Below are positions 34,740-48,525 of a DNA stretch of 64,000 nt, in pieces (within the stretch, counting starts at the first letter, position 1; every line of letters begins with the position of its first letter). The DNA is from Takakia lepidozioides. Lineage: Eukaryota > Plantae > Bryophyta. Made by a program: the position numbers and the translations under genes. A model generated the notes under the pieces. It was not told the DNA's origin. It searched no databases and was given only the letters and a program-made list of their open reading frames with translations. The DNA lies in assembly GCA_030704615.1 (NCBI GenBank), contig CM060734.1, forward strand, positions 53,072,001-53,136,000, in the 5' to 3' direction.

Positions 34740-35370
34740 TAGAAAAGTTTCCCAAACAGCACGGGAAAGAGGGATTCAAGGGATCCTCTCGGGCTAATCA
34801 AGTCAGGCATATGTGCACAAACATTCACCTCTAGATATGCCCATGTGATCGGGCCTGGGCTTTATGTGTGATTCGGATGGGGCGAACATGCAAGTGGGAG
34901 CTGCTTGAGTTCACTAGCACTACATTTGATCACTTCAATTGCATGTATTGAAAGTATAGATCAGCTAGCTGCCCAAAGCGTAGAAACCGATGCTCAAGTA
35001 CTAGTCCACTCTACTCAAGCTGATGGTTTACTTAAAGTGTAACCCTAAACTACTTAACATGTCCCTCTTTCAAAGCTTCGATAGATTGCTCTCAGGCACA
35101 TATGGTAGATCAGTCATGTTGTCAAACAGTCTAGAAGAGAGCCCCATGTCATGCATGGGCACAGAGTACATGGTCCTCAAGTAATTCTAAGAAAACCAGA
35201 AAAAAACAAAAAACTCGGCTAAATTACCTTATGTTTTGCCTGATGGTTTCATCCGCCTCATATTGACTCAAGGAGGATGCTCAAAATACTTTTGCAAAGC
35301 CCCGTCTTTACATAAAACTCAATTTTTTGAATTCTGCCTTGCATAAACGGAAGATTTTGTAGCTACAGGT
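34740..35370. repeat. Diverged direct repeat; the second copy at about 48580-49190 plus 54550-54625 is split by the copia element
   Basis: Shared strings such as cccaaacagcacggg, ttcacctcta.atatgcccatgtgat, catgtccctctttcaaagcttcgat and cacagagtacatggtcctcaagtaattctaa. Homology resumes after the 5' LTR. Confidence 0.8.
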
Positions 35371-35444
35371 GGCATATGTGATACATCTGTTAAAACCTAT
35401 TGGAACACTCAGTTGTGCAGATCTAACCTCGTTTAAGTCTGAAT

Positions 35445-38310
35445 TTGATTCTAGCTCTTCACCTCAAGGATCACAAGTGTCATTGCCTCAAGAACGCTGT
35501 CCCTTTCTGGAGAACTTTTTGCAGTTCGATGCTTGTCCTTCCTTGGATTTCTTGTGGCTATCAACTACCATGGCTTTTAAGGGCACCTACTAACCCATGG
35601 ATTGGCAAGAACCATGCCTCAGTTTTTAAATTTTCTTCTTTTGTGACGGAACAATCGTAGCTGTAGTTTCAACTGGTGCTGCTATGGTCTCTCCTCTTAA
35701 ACCCTTCTTGTGCTCACCTCTTGGAGTTGTGCCCAAGGCCAATCAAAAAATTTGTTAGATTCTTGACCTTAGAGTTCTCAACTCTTTTCTTTTTAGACCT
35801 ACCGTTCGGCGTTTTGAACACATCACCTCAATAGAACTCATTTGTCACCTCAACGACTATATTTTTACCTTCGATCTTAAGTCTGATACCATCATATTGA
35901 CATCCACCCTGTCTTTTGGACCTATCTCGGTTTTGAATTTAGGGGCATATACTATACTTTCTGCTCACTACTTTTCGGCTTAGCTACCGCATGATATGTC
36001 TTCACAAAAACCATGACACAATGGTTCGTTTGTGGCGTTCTCACGGTTTTTGGTGCATCCCTTACCTAGATGATTTTCTTTTCACCTGCCAGTCAACTTC
36101 TGAATTTTATTCTACTCGATACCAAGTTTTTTTGGATCTCCAATCAGTTGGTTTTCTAGTGGCCTAGGATAAATGTCAATTACAGTGTTCTCACCAAGCT
36201 AACTTTTGGGGTTTCCCTGTAGACGCTTCAGCTCCTTCAGTTTGGTCGTTTCTCGACAAAAAAACTTGTCGAGATAAATTAATCAATGCTATTCAAAAAT
36301 GTCTTAAACTTTCCATATGCACTTCCAAACTCTTGGCTTCCATCCTAGGCATGTTATCTTCTATGGCATTAGTTCTGGGACCCCTTTGTCGATTACTGAC
36401 CTTCCACCTTCATGCAGATTTGTTGACTAGATTAGGTTGGGAGGGGTTCACTACTTCATCACAGTTGGCTCAGACTGAACTCTCCATTTGGGTTTCTCTT
36501 TTTGACATTTTAAACTCAACTACAATCTGGCCTATTAGTAAAAGAATATTATTCTACGATGCAAGCGCCACCGGTTGGGGGGCTTGGTTTCAAAATCCAC
36601 ATAATTCTGAGCCACTCCATTTTCATGGGTTTTTTTAGTTTTGAACAATCTCATGCTTCAACCTCGTCCACTTGGCGAGAATTATTTGCGGTTTTTTTTT
36701 TTTAGATGCTCATGGTCACCTCCTTTCACAAGCTTCTGTAGTGGCTACGGGTGACTCATTAAACGTCTTTCACATTATTTTGTCTGAAGGCTCTCGCCAT
36801 TTACATTTGCATAATCTATGTTTTCAAGTTTTTCTTTCAAAAATTAAAGATCTCGATAATTTCTCTCTCTCCCCCAATAATTTTGCTTTGATCGAATCTA
36901 GATGGGATCCCCATCATGTAGATAGACCTGCTAACCCCTTAAATACTCAACTTCCTCAATTCAATTCTTGGCATTGGGTTAAGGGCAGTAGTACAAGTCC
37001 CGATGGTTTCACACATAATTGGAGCCTTACAAATCCTTATTGTTTTCCTCTGTCATCCCTAGTTTCTTTAACCCTTAGGCATGCTTCCCGATGTCATGCT
37101 TCTGTCCATGGTGGTTTTCGAATGGCAATCAGCACCATGGGGGACTCTCCTGCATGTCTCCACGGATGTATGGGCCAATTTTATTACAAATTTCATTTAC
37201 TTTCCCAAGGGCGGTGACACACTAGAACAAATTACGAGCAACATGGATGCTCTAAATCAGCCATTCTCGCGGTTGACAAGTTCAATATATTGTGTCCGTT
37301 GCGAATTCTAACCAAGGTATGTGTCTATACTTTTCAGATGTTATCGCTTCAACTCAATGGGCTACCAGATCTCTTGTTGATCCAGAGCTTCAGGCTTTGC
37401 GGCAAATGTTTTCAAACAATGTTTTTAAAGTTCGCGCCCCATCTACTTTGAAAACTTGTGCTAGTCCTTGGCATAATTTGAAAACGTGGTGTCAAACTAA
37501 GAATGTTTCCGCCCTACCAGCTGATCCATTATTGATATGCCTTTATCTTACTAATTAACAAAAGCATCGGACACACCTGCTTCGATTCTTCTGGCCTCTC
37601 TGCAATATTTTTCTTTCACTATATCGCTAGTATGTCTTCTCCTACGTATCACCCGTTGGTTCGCATTGCTAGAGAAGTGGCACGTCGAACGCTTGGCTTA
37701 GGAAGTAATATAAAGAAACCCATCTTACCTAATTCAATGATGCATTCCCATTCAGAAGCTTGCCCCATCCAAACGTAATCTCTTAAATCTTATGATAGTG
37801 GTCACAATAACCCTATGTTTTCCTGGCTTCCTTCGTGGGAGCGAAGTTCGTCAGCTCATATGGCATGAAATATTAATTTTTTCTTCACATATGCGGCTAT
37901 TTGTTCAGAAGTCCAAGACTGATCAGTATAGAGCAGACACTTGGGTATTAATTGCACGCATGACTAGTGATTGTCGTCATGTAGCACTGATGCTTATACA
38001 ACCATAAATGGTTCTCAAGGTGGCCTCTTGCTAGGAGGAATTACTGTTAGTAACCAAGAGAAATCTATGTGCTTACGACGTTATGGCATCTCTTATTCAA
38101 TGCTTTGAGATTGGTTCAGGTTTTGCCTTGTTGCCATAGGTGAAGATCCGCGAATGTTTGGCACTCATTCTGGTCGCGTTGGTAGTGCCTCTTGGACTGC
38201 AAACTCTGAAATCCTTAATAGACTTTTCAAAAGTCATGGAAGATGGAAATCAAAAGTGGCAAAAATGCATATGTCACCGCTGATTTAGATCACAAGTTAT
38301 CCGTCACTAT
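35445..38310 (+). mobile_element. Degenerate DIRS-type tyrosine-recombinase retrotransposon (RT, RNase H, methyltransferase-like, YR); gag and termini not seen
   Basis: RT: CSPLGVVPK..ILDLRVLN, FTFDLKS.YHHIDIHP, LLFGLATA, PYLDDFL. RNase H: FYDASATGWGA. MT-like: WDPHHVDRPA..NTQLPQFNS..DGF..NW..NPYCFP. YR: RAPSTLK.., GFLRGSE, KSKTDQ, THSGRVG, HGRWKS. Many stops and frameshifts. Confidence 0.85.
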
Positions 38311-40533
38311 AAATAAGCTGGGTCTAGGGCCAAATGACGATGTTGATGAGCTTCGACAGTGGGAAGTGCAAGGTGGGTTGCGCTAGTTGCAATGGAAGAT
38401 AAAGAGTTCAAGAACGTAAAGTTCATACTCAAAAAGGCTGCCAGTATTTTGAACCAACTGTCTCTTCTATCAGTCAAGGTGTATGACGATTCCATTTTTA
38501 AGGAAATCAAATTATGTTACCACGAAATGAAAAGTTGTAACAATTGACATAAGTAATAATTTAAATTCGTAGTAAATAGTACATGATTAACTTGAACAAT
38601 TTCCAGTCAAAGGTTTATACCAATGTTGGCCGGGTATGGCATCTAGACATGCATACCCGGTGGTTATTTGCCAGTTATGCACATATGCATAACCGGAAAG
38701 TGGAGCCCCTGCAGGAACCGGCTATGGAAGGGAACCGGCGAAAGCCATTGAGCTTCCTAATCGGCTAGAGAACCGGCATTGTGATTGTAAGGCTATCATA
38801 CCCGGAGCAAATGTGGATGGCGTAGAGGCAGTTCTGATAATACAAATGTACTAAGGGTTGGTGACGGTAGTTAACAGCATTACAGATGGACAGATCATGA
38901 CTGGAATGTTATGTCTTACTAGTAACAATACGTTTACAATGGTTGGGGAGATTAGGTGCACAACATTAAGAATGTCCAAGTAAATAGGAAATAATGGCTA
39001 AAGCAATAGTTGTAAACTTACTGTATTAGCCCCCAACCACCATGCTACTTCCAATGGGTTAATATTCTAGATGGATGATAGCAACTAGTGTGACCTCTTC
39101 TTTCCCCTTAACAGAAGAGAGTCAGTTCATGTAAAGCTATTTTGAGCTAATTATAGGCCTAAGTTAACTCCGTCTACAGTTACACATTCCACTACTGAAG
39201 TGAACCATCAGTAGTGGGCCCTCGACAATACCCCCGATCCGGCCCATTTTTGCTCCATAAAAAATACACCAACATTAATTTAAGGACGAATGTCTCTCCT
39301 GCTTTGTGTTATTCTCAAATCGTGTGAAGTTGGCTTGACTGTCTTCATCTTCACCAGCCCAAGTGGGATTTGCAGGCCTATGAGCTCTACTAGTAACCCG
39401 CCTTTTGTTTATTGCTTTTTAGCTACTCTTGGTTGTTATTTGCGGGCTGTATGGACGGTGTTATTGATGATAACATGGGTACAACATAAATTGGCAAGTG
39501 CTACACTTGCCATGTCCTACATCATGGACATGAACTGGGCCATTCGTCCCATGTTGGAAACCAGTGTTGGCCAAGTACCATGTTTTGAGCCCTCTTCCGG
39601 TCTCGGATTATGGCCTAGTCTTTGAAAAAAATGGATGGTCGGGGCAGGGTATACCAATAGGTTTGAAAAACATCTCGTTACAGGTTCCCATTAAACACAT
39701 GATTTTTCTTTTTTAGGTCCGGTTCTCAATCTACCAGTTATGCCATCATAAAAAATGTCGGTATCAGTTATGGGATTCATCCTTTAAAACAAAAAAATTC
39801 TGGCATTTTTGTGTATGTGTGTAAAACAGAGGGTTGTGCCCTCGTGGTAAGCCACTCGTGTATTGGCCTGTGGATCTGAGGTTCAAACGTTCAACCCCCG
39901 TCAGCTATGTACAATTTTCTAAATATAAGGGAATCTACTATTGGGGCTCATGGAGGATGACCACACATAGTTCACCAAATGTGACCAACCTCAAGTGGAC
40001 CACCATATAGCCTGTCAACCTTGTCATCTTGCTAGACCTGAATTTTTTGGCAAGTTAGCAAGGAGATCCAAAACCAATTTGACAAGTACATTAGGTGTGC
40101 GATGTCACGTCCTCACATAAGAGATTATGAAATTGCAAGAGCATTGGATAGGTTCCTTTGGAGGCATGTTGCCATTTTTAAGCTCGAGCTATGGAAGCCA
40201 TTTTCAACCCCCTAGAAATACCTACAAAGCATCCTACGCATAATCATGAAATTCATTTCCCTCAAATTTGGTGAGGACTTGGCTTTCCTACCACATATTC
40301 ATGCCGACTAGGAGAAGCACAAAGCCAACAAACAACCCACAATCAATCTTGGTTGGTCAAATGATTTTACTTTATTTTTTGGGATAAAAGGGGGGAAAGC
40401 CCTTAGGAGCTTTATTGGTTGTGTCCCTTGGGGGAGAGACTTTGCATCATGTTGAAGTCAATGGAGAAAATGTGGTCAACGGACCTCACAGGGTGTCAAG
40501 AGTATGATTGGTCTAAAAAAGCTCTTAAGTGTA

Positions 40534-41414
40534 TAGTCTGCCCTGGATAAATGATACCTCTATAAACGTTAAACTACCATAAATGTTAAGAAAATTTTAC
40601 TCCCCTACTTGTGCACACTAACAAATGTTAAGTGTTATTTGTTAACAAATGTTTACTCCCCTCTTTGTTAATTTGCCCTCAGTAAATGTTAAGTGCACCA
40701 TAACGGCTTCACCTAACATGAAATATGCTCCATGAATAATTTGAGGTTACTGCATTGTTGAGCCAACTTTCCTAACTTTCCTTGGTTTCTGAGAATACTA
40801 CTTGTGGCTTTACCTAATATGGATGCCCAAGAGTTTGTCAATTATGAGGTTGAGTTTGATCTTAACAATCCTTATGAAGTTCCCGAGGGTGACCTGTTGG
40901 AGTTGGTGGGTTCCGACCGCTCTGCATATGGTCAAGTCGATCAGGACGACTACGAAGTAAAACACGCATACCACTGAAATTCCAGCCCTTGTAGCATTCA
41001 AGGATGCCAAAATGGCCATAGCTACAATTTCTCAATATTTTGGAACAAAGGCCTTATGACGTTATGAAAAAGCCATGAAACGCCTAGAGAAAGAACCACA
41101 ATCGATTCATCTTTCCTATCCATAACTGAATGATTCCATATAATTACACTTTGTTTCATAAATGTTAATTTCATAAATCTTATATATGTTAAATGTTACC
41201 GATTCATCCTTCCTATCCAGAACTGAATGACTCCATATAATTACACCTTGTTTCATAAGTGTTAATTTCATAAATCTTATATATGTTAAATGTTACCTTC
41301 TGTAAATATTAATATGTTACAATTAACCCTTTCATAACTGTTAATGTGTTAACCTTGTCTAAATGTTATTTTTTCTCCTACTCCCGACTGTTAACATTTA
41401 TCTAGGGCAGACTG
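40534..41414. mobile_element. Non-autonomous TIR DNA element (Tc1/mariner/pogo-like)
   Basis: TIRs (T/C)AGTCTGCCCT(G/A)GATAAATG at both ends, flanked by TA (40532-33 and 41415-16); AT-rich interior with repeated AAATGTTA. Confidence 0.65.
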
Positions 41415-42239
41415 TACACCACGTGGCAACTTGTCAAAATTGTTGCTTCAATGGACAGAGCCGAGTCTCGCGGTTTACGGCTTGTTGAATGTTATTGAAG
41501 GGAAAAAAATTAAAATCCTTGAAGGGCTTGAAGGCTGCCATAACGTGAAGATTGTCTGCTTTGAAAAATCCACAAAAAAACATCCTGCTAAAATACTCTA
41601 CTTTGGACAACTTGAATGTAAAATCAATGGATGCATGTGCGTTTCCGTTCACTTTCTTGGATGCTTTGCAAAACTACTATGGAGGTAGTTAGTTTGGATT
41701 AATGTAATTCATGTCACTTCAATGTGACATTTTTATAATTGTATTTATTTTTTAAGGAAACACCACTACTACATTGATTCACAATTATAGTTTTGTTTTA
41801 TAGGTAATATTATGCAATTCATTATAGTAACTAGTGTGGCATGTGTTATTGAACACATATTAGGTACTTTCAGACTCATAAGTAGCATCCAGATGTCTAC
41901 CAACTTAAGAGTGAATATTTTCATGGCAAATAAATTTCTTTGACCTTCTTATATTCGAGTTATACTTATACATGAAACTTATTCTATTTTCGTTCACACA
42001 TATGCATATGTTAACAAATATTTTTACCTATTTATATTCTCTCTTACCTCTGTTCATAACATACCACGTGTATTTACCCTAATTGCTATGGATGACATAA
42101 ACTGCCTCCATCGTCATCCTGTAGCATCGCTCTCCTTTGCGTCGTTTGCAGCATCGTTCTTCTTTGCAGCACAAGTCTGCACTTGCAAAATCACTTCCTT
42201 GCAGCATTAGATCGTAATGCGGCCTCTCAAAACTGTATC

Positions 42240-43026
42240 AACTGTATTCGACCTGGTATCAATTGTATTTTTCAACCAAATATATTACATGTGCTTCGCG
42301 CTGATGAGTGCCATGATGTCGGCATACTCCCAGTTTGGTTGTCTTGCTCGTTTTTCTTTCCCTTTCCCTCTGTTTGCTTTTCCAGCACCGCCAACATCAT
42401 CTGAATTTTTCACAGGTGAAGCCATACCTGCAATCACAAGAGCTAAGCACATTAGTGATCGGAATGAAAATGAATTGCATGAATTTCAACTGATTTGCAA
42501 ACTCAACCAATTTTCAACATAAAAAGCATACTCATTCAATGTCGTTACTGTACCTGCTGGTGCAATCTCTAGCGGAGAATGAAGAAATACACACGACTGG
42601 TATTAAGGAAGAAGCACACGATGAGAGAAGCTCCAACTTCCGCTGTAGCATAGACACGCGATGGCGGGACAAGAAGATGATGAGAAAAATCACACTTAGA
42701 TGAAAATCATCCTTCCATGAATCGCAGTAAGAAATAAATAACTTATTAGGTTGAATTTTGAATGAATAAGATACGACCAATATCAAACCCAGACATCTAC
42801 GATTATTCAAAGATTGATCTTGCAAATAAATAGCAATATCAAGAGCCTAACTTTGTGCATAACTTTCTGCCATGTCACCAGCCACGACGACATCCAGTTA
42901 GCAGTTAACTTACTAACATGGACATATGTGAACAGAGATAGACCCGGTGGTACTTTATCCCCCAACTTAATCGTCACTCTGAACGTACCTATTGTACCGC
43001 TGTTTTACTAGTACTAGGGCAGACTG
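42240..43026 (-). mobile_element. Possible DNA-transposon relic with a Myb/SANT-like fragment and one TIR related to the 40534-41414 element
   Basis: A minus frame reads KEKRARQPNWEYADIMALISAK. CTAGGGCAGACTG ends at 43026. No partner TIR found. Confidence 0.3.
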
Positions 43027-43084
43027 TGCTGTTGGCCCAAGTGTCCAGTGTTATCAACTAAGTCCAAGTGCAATCCCTTATGTT

Positions 43085-43560
43085 ATATAATTTCGCGAAT
43101 TTCGAGCGACCAACTAAAGTACTTGAAATTCCAAATCTCCTCCATGAAGGGCCAATCATTGCTGCAGGAAAGCCCACTTTGCTATTTTTCACGAATTTCC
43201 GGAGACCAGAAGTACTCAAAATTCCATATCTCCCACACTGCGGGTCCAAAAATCATGAGACTAAGCCGGTGAACCCCTCCTCATGGAGGGCTTTCCAACG
43301 GCACCAAACACGAGGGCTGGGGCCAGCGGTTTGTGAGATCTCAAAGACTACAAAGATTCAACTATAAAAGAGGTCTTTTGCTATTTTTCATGAATTTCTA
43401 GTGACAAAAAATACTTAAAATTTAATATCTCCCATATCGGAGGTCCAAAAATTAGGAAACCGCTTTGATGCACCTTAACTTATTCATCAAGGGCTTTCCA
43501 CCGATATCAAGACCATGGGTAGAGGCCTTGCGGTTTGGGAGATCTCAACGATGCTACAAA
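43085..43560. repeat. Two to three diverged ~200-bp tandem sub-repeats
   Basis: gctattttca(c/t)gaattt..aatt..atatctccca..ggtccaaaaat..gggctttcca..cggtttg.gagatctcaa is repeated. Confidence 0.6.
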
Positions 43561-43791
43561 ACAAAACAAACTACCTCGTTTAATATATAGATAGCATGAT
43601 TACAAACAAATTGTGGTATTTTAAATCTTATAATCAACAAGCGGCAGTTCATCCTTATGTCTAATTAAAGATTGTTCTGTAAAATATTATTACAGACAGT
43701 ACTTGAAAGAATGACATGATATAAATGACTAGATAATTTAAGGAAAATAAGTTTTAATGCATCCAATAATGATGATTCAATAGTCCCACAA

Positions 43792-43794
<3 letters not shown>

Positions 43795-43838
<44 letters not shown>
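43795..43838. repeat. (AT)n microsatellite
   Basis: About 22 uninterrupted AT units. Confidence 0.95.
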
Positions 43839-43840
<2 letters not shown>

Positions 43841-45513
43841 CAAAAGATCTAATACACACTTGGTTTATGAGGGCATTTGTCCAAATATGATAAATGTGAA
43901 CCATATTAGACAACACTAGATACAATAATTTATCGAGAATCCGGCAGAATGAGCTACATACTACATACCGTTCCCTTAACGTTTGCGGATTAGTCAACGC
44001 CACGCTGGTCCCACTCTGACATCACATTCTCGTTGTGTGTGCACAAAAGGACCTCCCATCGCGCATTTGGCAACCAAAAACACACGACTTTTGACTCAAA
44101 ACCTGCAACCGATTTCTCCCACGATCAGGAGATTCCCAGTCAAATTTGGAGAGGCCCAAAACCGCTGGCCCTCCAAGTATTGTCCAGCGCTGGCGACTTG
44201 ACCTTTATGCGCCCTTGTGGACTTGGGTCCCCGGCTGTACTTACTCTAAATTGGGCCCAAAAAGACCAGGCAGAGAAGGGCCCTTTTCACACGGCCCTCT
44301 CTGTCCAGTTTGGCTATATTCTCCCTATTCACAACTATACACATGGCAACATTGCTTTACGTGTGGTGGGGGTACAGTAGCCGATATCGAAATTCCACGG
44401 GAGGTCTTCGCCGTCACTCTGAGTGTCATTTATAGCCAAACTTGGTTTGACAGGGTGTGTGTTCGTTGTCGGTAGCTAAACATGGTTCACTCGCAAGATA
44501 CCTCGGAAAGCATCTTCAGAACCGAAGCTCTTCCTATGGTAACCTCCCGGGAATGCTTTCATTTCGTGGGCTGAGTGCCTGCAGTGGACTTCTTTTCGCA
44601 GATTCCAGAGGTGAACCCCGTGTCATGAGCTGGAGGTCACCAACTTCAGGAGGTTGATAGGTCGTGGAGGAAGCAGACTGTACAAAGCTTTTCATCGTAA
44701 TCAGTCCTCGGGAAGTGATAGCTGCTCCTTGTGCAGGCAACAGATAAGTGCACGCAGCGTCCAATTCGGAGATTCATAACTTAGCTAGGCTCTATCTTCA
44801 TCGTATACTGGAATCTGAGGCTCGAGATGCAGTAGCCACACAGCCATTATCCTAGGCAGTATAGTTGCATGGTCCAACCTGTTATTATGTATAGATTTCT
44901 CCTGCTCGATGGTGGCCATGCTCAATCTGTCTTCATCAACTCTGTCCGAAGACTTCTCCTACCCTCGTGGTTCATTGTATTGAGGGTTCACACTCTAGTT
45001 GGAAACGTAAATTTCTTATTTGCAACTTGAAAGACCATTCCATTCTTGTCTTTCCTTCGTGTAACCTCGGTGGAGTATCCGTCACCTTCCGTTTGCATGA
45101 TGCCTTCTATACGCAATTATATGATAATTTACAAGTTGTTTTTCACTGACGTCGTCTTTGATAGTAAACTTTAAGAGGCTTACGGCCATGGTGGTCAGCG
45201 GACCAGCTTAACCTCATGAGATCAGCTTTCCAGCTCTAAATCTGGTGAAGAAAATGGTACATATATTCTCAATATTAAATGGATATGTTCTTCACGAGTG
45301 ATTGGTACAGTCGACTTTTGAGCTCATGGAAGGTTCATGTACATGAGGCAAAGGAAATGACATTGGATACAGTGGTAGTAGCAGTAGAGTTGAATCACCA
45401 AGATATATCCCGTACAACACCATGTTAATTGCAGTATGACACTATTGACAACAACGAGGACAATGGATTCAGAGTGCCCAGTAGTGGGCATATTCAGAAG
45501 AAGTGCAAAATCC

Positions 45514-48500
45514 ATGAATCGTCATTCTCAGCTCCAATTGGTCCTCTTCTTAGCGCTGTGCATGATGGGCTGCACAACATGTCAGTTGTCACCCGCGAGC
45601 AACATGACGTTGAACTCCAAACTGCTTGCAAACATGAATCAGGCTTTGTTGTCACCTGGTGGAGTTTTTGAGCTGGGATTTTGGATGCAACCGAATGTGA
45701 CGTCCCCAGTTTTCACGCTCGCTATATGGTATGCCCAGACATTTCCTGAGAATACAGTGGTGTGGATGGCAGACAGATCCATGAACTTGAGCAGTAACGC
45801 CACCCTATGGTTGACTGCTGGAGGAGACCTTGAGGTGCACTACGGTGGCAACTTGTCTGCGCAACCCCTGTGGACGTCACACACAACATATGTAAGTCAA
45901 TGCATGTGATTCAAGTAAGTATTTAGTTGATACGGACACGTATTAAATTATACATGGTCAGGTTGGCTAATGAACGTACGACGTCAGAGTGCTACTCAAA
46001 TGACTCTTGCTCAAGATAGTTTGTTGAGGAGAAAACTCGTATCCAAGTCTGGACATGATAATTGTAAATTGCTATTGTCCAAATATACGGGGAGAGTATA
46101 TGGTTACCCTCAGGGACTGGTCACGCTCTCATAGGACTTACACATGTGAAGCTGTTGTTGGTAACTATACATGCTAGATAGTCTAGTTTTTCAAGCATTT
46201 CGAGGGTAAATAACACACTGATGATGATGAAAATTGTGCACTTTGCAGTCGAATGTGAGCATGGCCACCATGCTTGATACAGGAAACTTTGTCCTCCTCA
46301 ACCGACTCAACCAGATCGTGTGGCAAAGCTTCGACTACCCCACTGACACTCTCTTGCCGGGCCAGCAATATTTTGCCAGTATGACCATGTTCGCATGGCA
46401 GAAACGTGCTAGCTGGACACAAACTGGATACTCACTTACTTGGTCCAAGGGCAACCTCATGGCTTACTGGAAGTCTCCATCTACCTGGTATGAGGGTCCA
46501 TACGATCTCCCTTACTGGACTACCTCTACGACAGGCTCCTCATATGTCGTTTTGACCACAGAGGGTCAGTTTCTCGCAAACAATTCGTTCGGAAATAGCT
46601 CGAGTGTGATTGGAAATAGCTATGACACAGGTTTGACAGGTCGTTTGCGCCGAGCAACATTTGACTCCGATGGAATTCTACGGATCTACAGTTGGGTTAC
46701 GAATGGGAACTCGAAAGAATGGAGTGTAGAATGGCAAGCTCTTACAGACATCTGTTCCGTGTACGGTGTTTGTGGTCCCTATGGAATTTGCCGCTCTAAT
46801 CAATGCTTATGTCCCGAGGGATTTCAGTATGTCGATGCTAATGATCCATCTCAAGGGTGCACACGGATGACGACCATTAGCACGCTCTGCAACGTCGATA
46901 ATACTGCCTTCGATAACACTACCGTCGATAACATTACTGTCGACAACAATCTGCAAATGATTGGGATGGATAACATCGACTATCCTTACGGAGATTACCC
47001 TTTGGAGCCTTTAAAGAATGTAACTTTGAGTTTTTGCGTACAAATTTGCTTGAACTTATGTTCTTGTCAAGCTTGCGTAGCCATACCAAAAAATGCTGGG
47101 TATTACGAGTGTTGGCTCAAGAGTGATGTTGTCTTCAACGGTTATGTCCGCGGCTCCCACACGACCTACCTCAAAGTGGCCAAAACAGCCGTCCAGGCCC
47201 AGACCTATGGCCAGACCCGTGGGGGCCTCTCTCTTGGACTGAAACTACTGATATCACTCATCTTACCGGGCACAGCGCTGCTCTTCCTCAGCGTGACGTT
47301 GTGGACTTTAGGGTGTTTTTCCGTGGTTCAAAAACTAAGAAGCCTTCGAATCAAAAGGCTGGAGAAGAAATGGATTGCGTCAAGAGGCATGGCTGTAAAC
47401 TTCACATATGATGAGATTCGACTGGCAACCCGAGACTTTGCAGAGGAGATTGGGAAAGGGGGCTATGGGTCCGTGTTCAAGGGGAAAATCGGAAAGCTTG
47501 CCGTCGTGGCCGTGAAACGACTGGAGAAGTTGGGTGCCGGAGAGAAAGGGTTTGTGAACGAGGTCGACACGATTGGACGCATCCATCACGTCAATTTGGT
47601 GCAACTCCACGGCTTCTGCTCGAGAGCTGATCACAAGTTGTTAGTGTACGAGTACTTGGAGAATAGCTCCCTTGACAGAATCCTCTTCAGTATCGATCGA
47701 AAGTCAGATGGGCCTATCTTGGAGTGGAGGTCTCGCTTCAAGATTGCCATCCAAACAGCGCGGGGCTTGGCATATCTGCACGAGGACGTGCGAGACCAGC
47801 GCATCATCCACTGCGATATCAAGCCGGAGAACATTCTGCTCGACTCCACGATGTCTGCCAAAATGGCAGATTTTGGGCTTTCGCGGATCCTAAATCGGGA
47901 GCAGACGCGCACAATGACTATGCACATTCGAGGCACCTCCGGCTACTTGGCTCCCGAGTGGACCTCCGACCACATGCCCATCACCGCCAAAATTGACGTC
48001 TACAGCTACGGCATGGTGCTGCTTGAGATTGTCAGTGGCCGGCGCAACCTAAAAATCTCTTGGATAGGCGAGGATGAGCTCGATATGCAGCCGGACTGGT
48101 ACTACCCTTTGTGGGCTTTTGGGAAGATTCAAACTGGATCATTCCTCGAGGTCGTCGATCCGCGTTTGGGCGGAATTGTGGACGCCAATGAGGTCGAAAG
48201 GGCGTTGCTAGTGGCCTTCTGGTGCATCAATGACAACCCTGAGCGAAGGCCTACAATGGCGATGGTTGTGAATATGCTGGAGGGCCACATCGCCATCGAG
48301 TATCCAGTGCCGCGACCCAAATTTTTTGATGACATTCTCCATACAAGCACCGACCCTAACTCTCAAAAGACCATGACACCCAATGGCAGGTTCGAGTCCA
48401 CAACTCCTGTGTCGGAACCAGTACTTTCCAGTGCAGGATTGGATCCGGGCCAGATTCTGCCCTGGCCGGCATCCAACGCAAAAAATCAAAAGTTGGAATC

Positions 48501-48525
48501 CACCATTGCATCCCGAAGATTGTAA
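45514..48525 (+). CDS. G-type lectin S-domain receptor-like Ser/Thr kinase (SD2-like, non-RD); exons 45514-45891 and 46249-48525
   Basis: Signal peptide; B-lectin (LLSPGGVFELGFW, VVWMADR, LDTGNFVL, WQSFDYPTDTLLPGQ); EGF (CSVYGVCGPYGIC); PAN; transmembrane helix; kinase motifs GKGGYGSV, AVKRL, HCDIKPEN, DFG, GYLAPEW. Phase-0 GT..AG intron. Confidence 0.95.

Noticed and set aside
39830-39907. tRNA gene or tRNA-derived SINE head (A-box-like and GTTCAACCCC B-box-like motifs)
   Set aside because: No convincing cloverleaf, TSD or tail; too degenerate to call.
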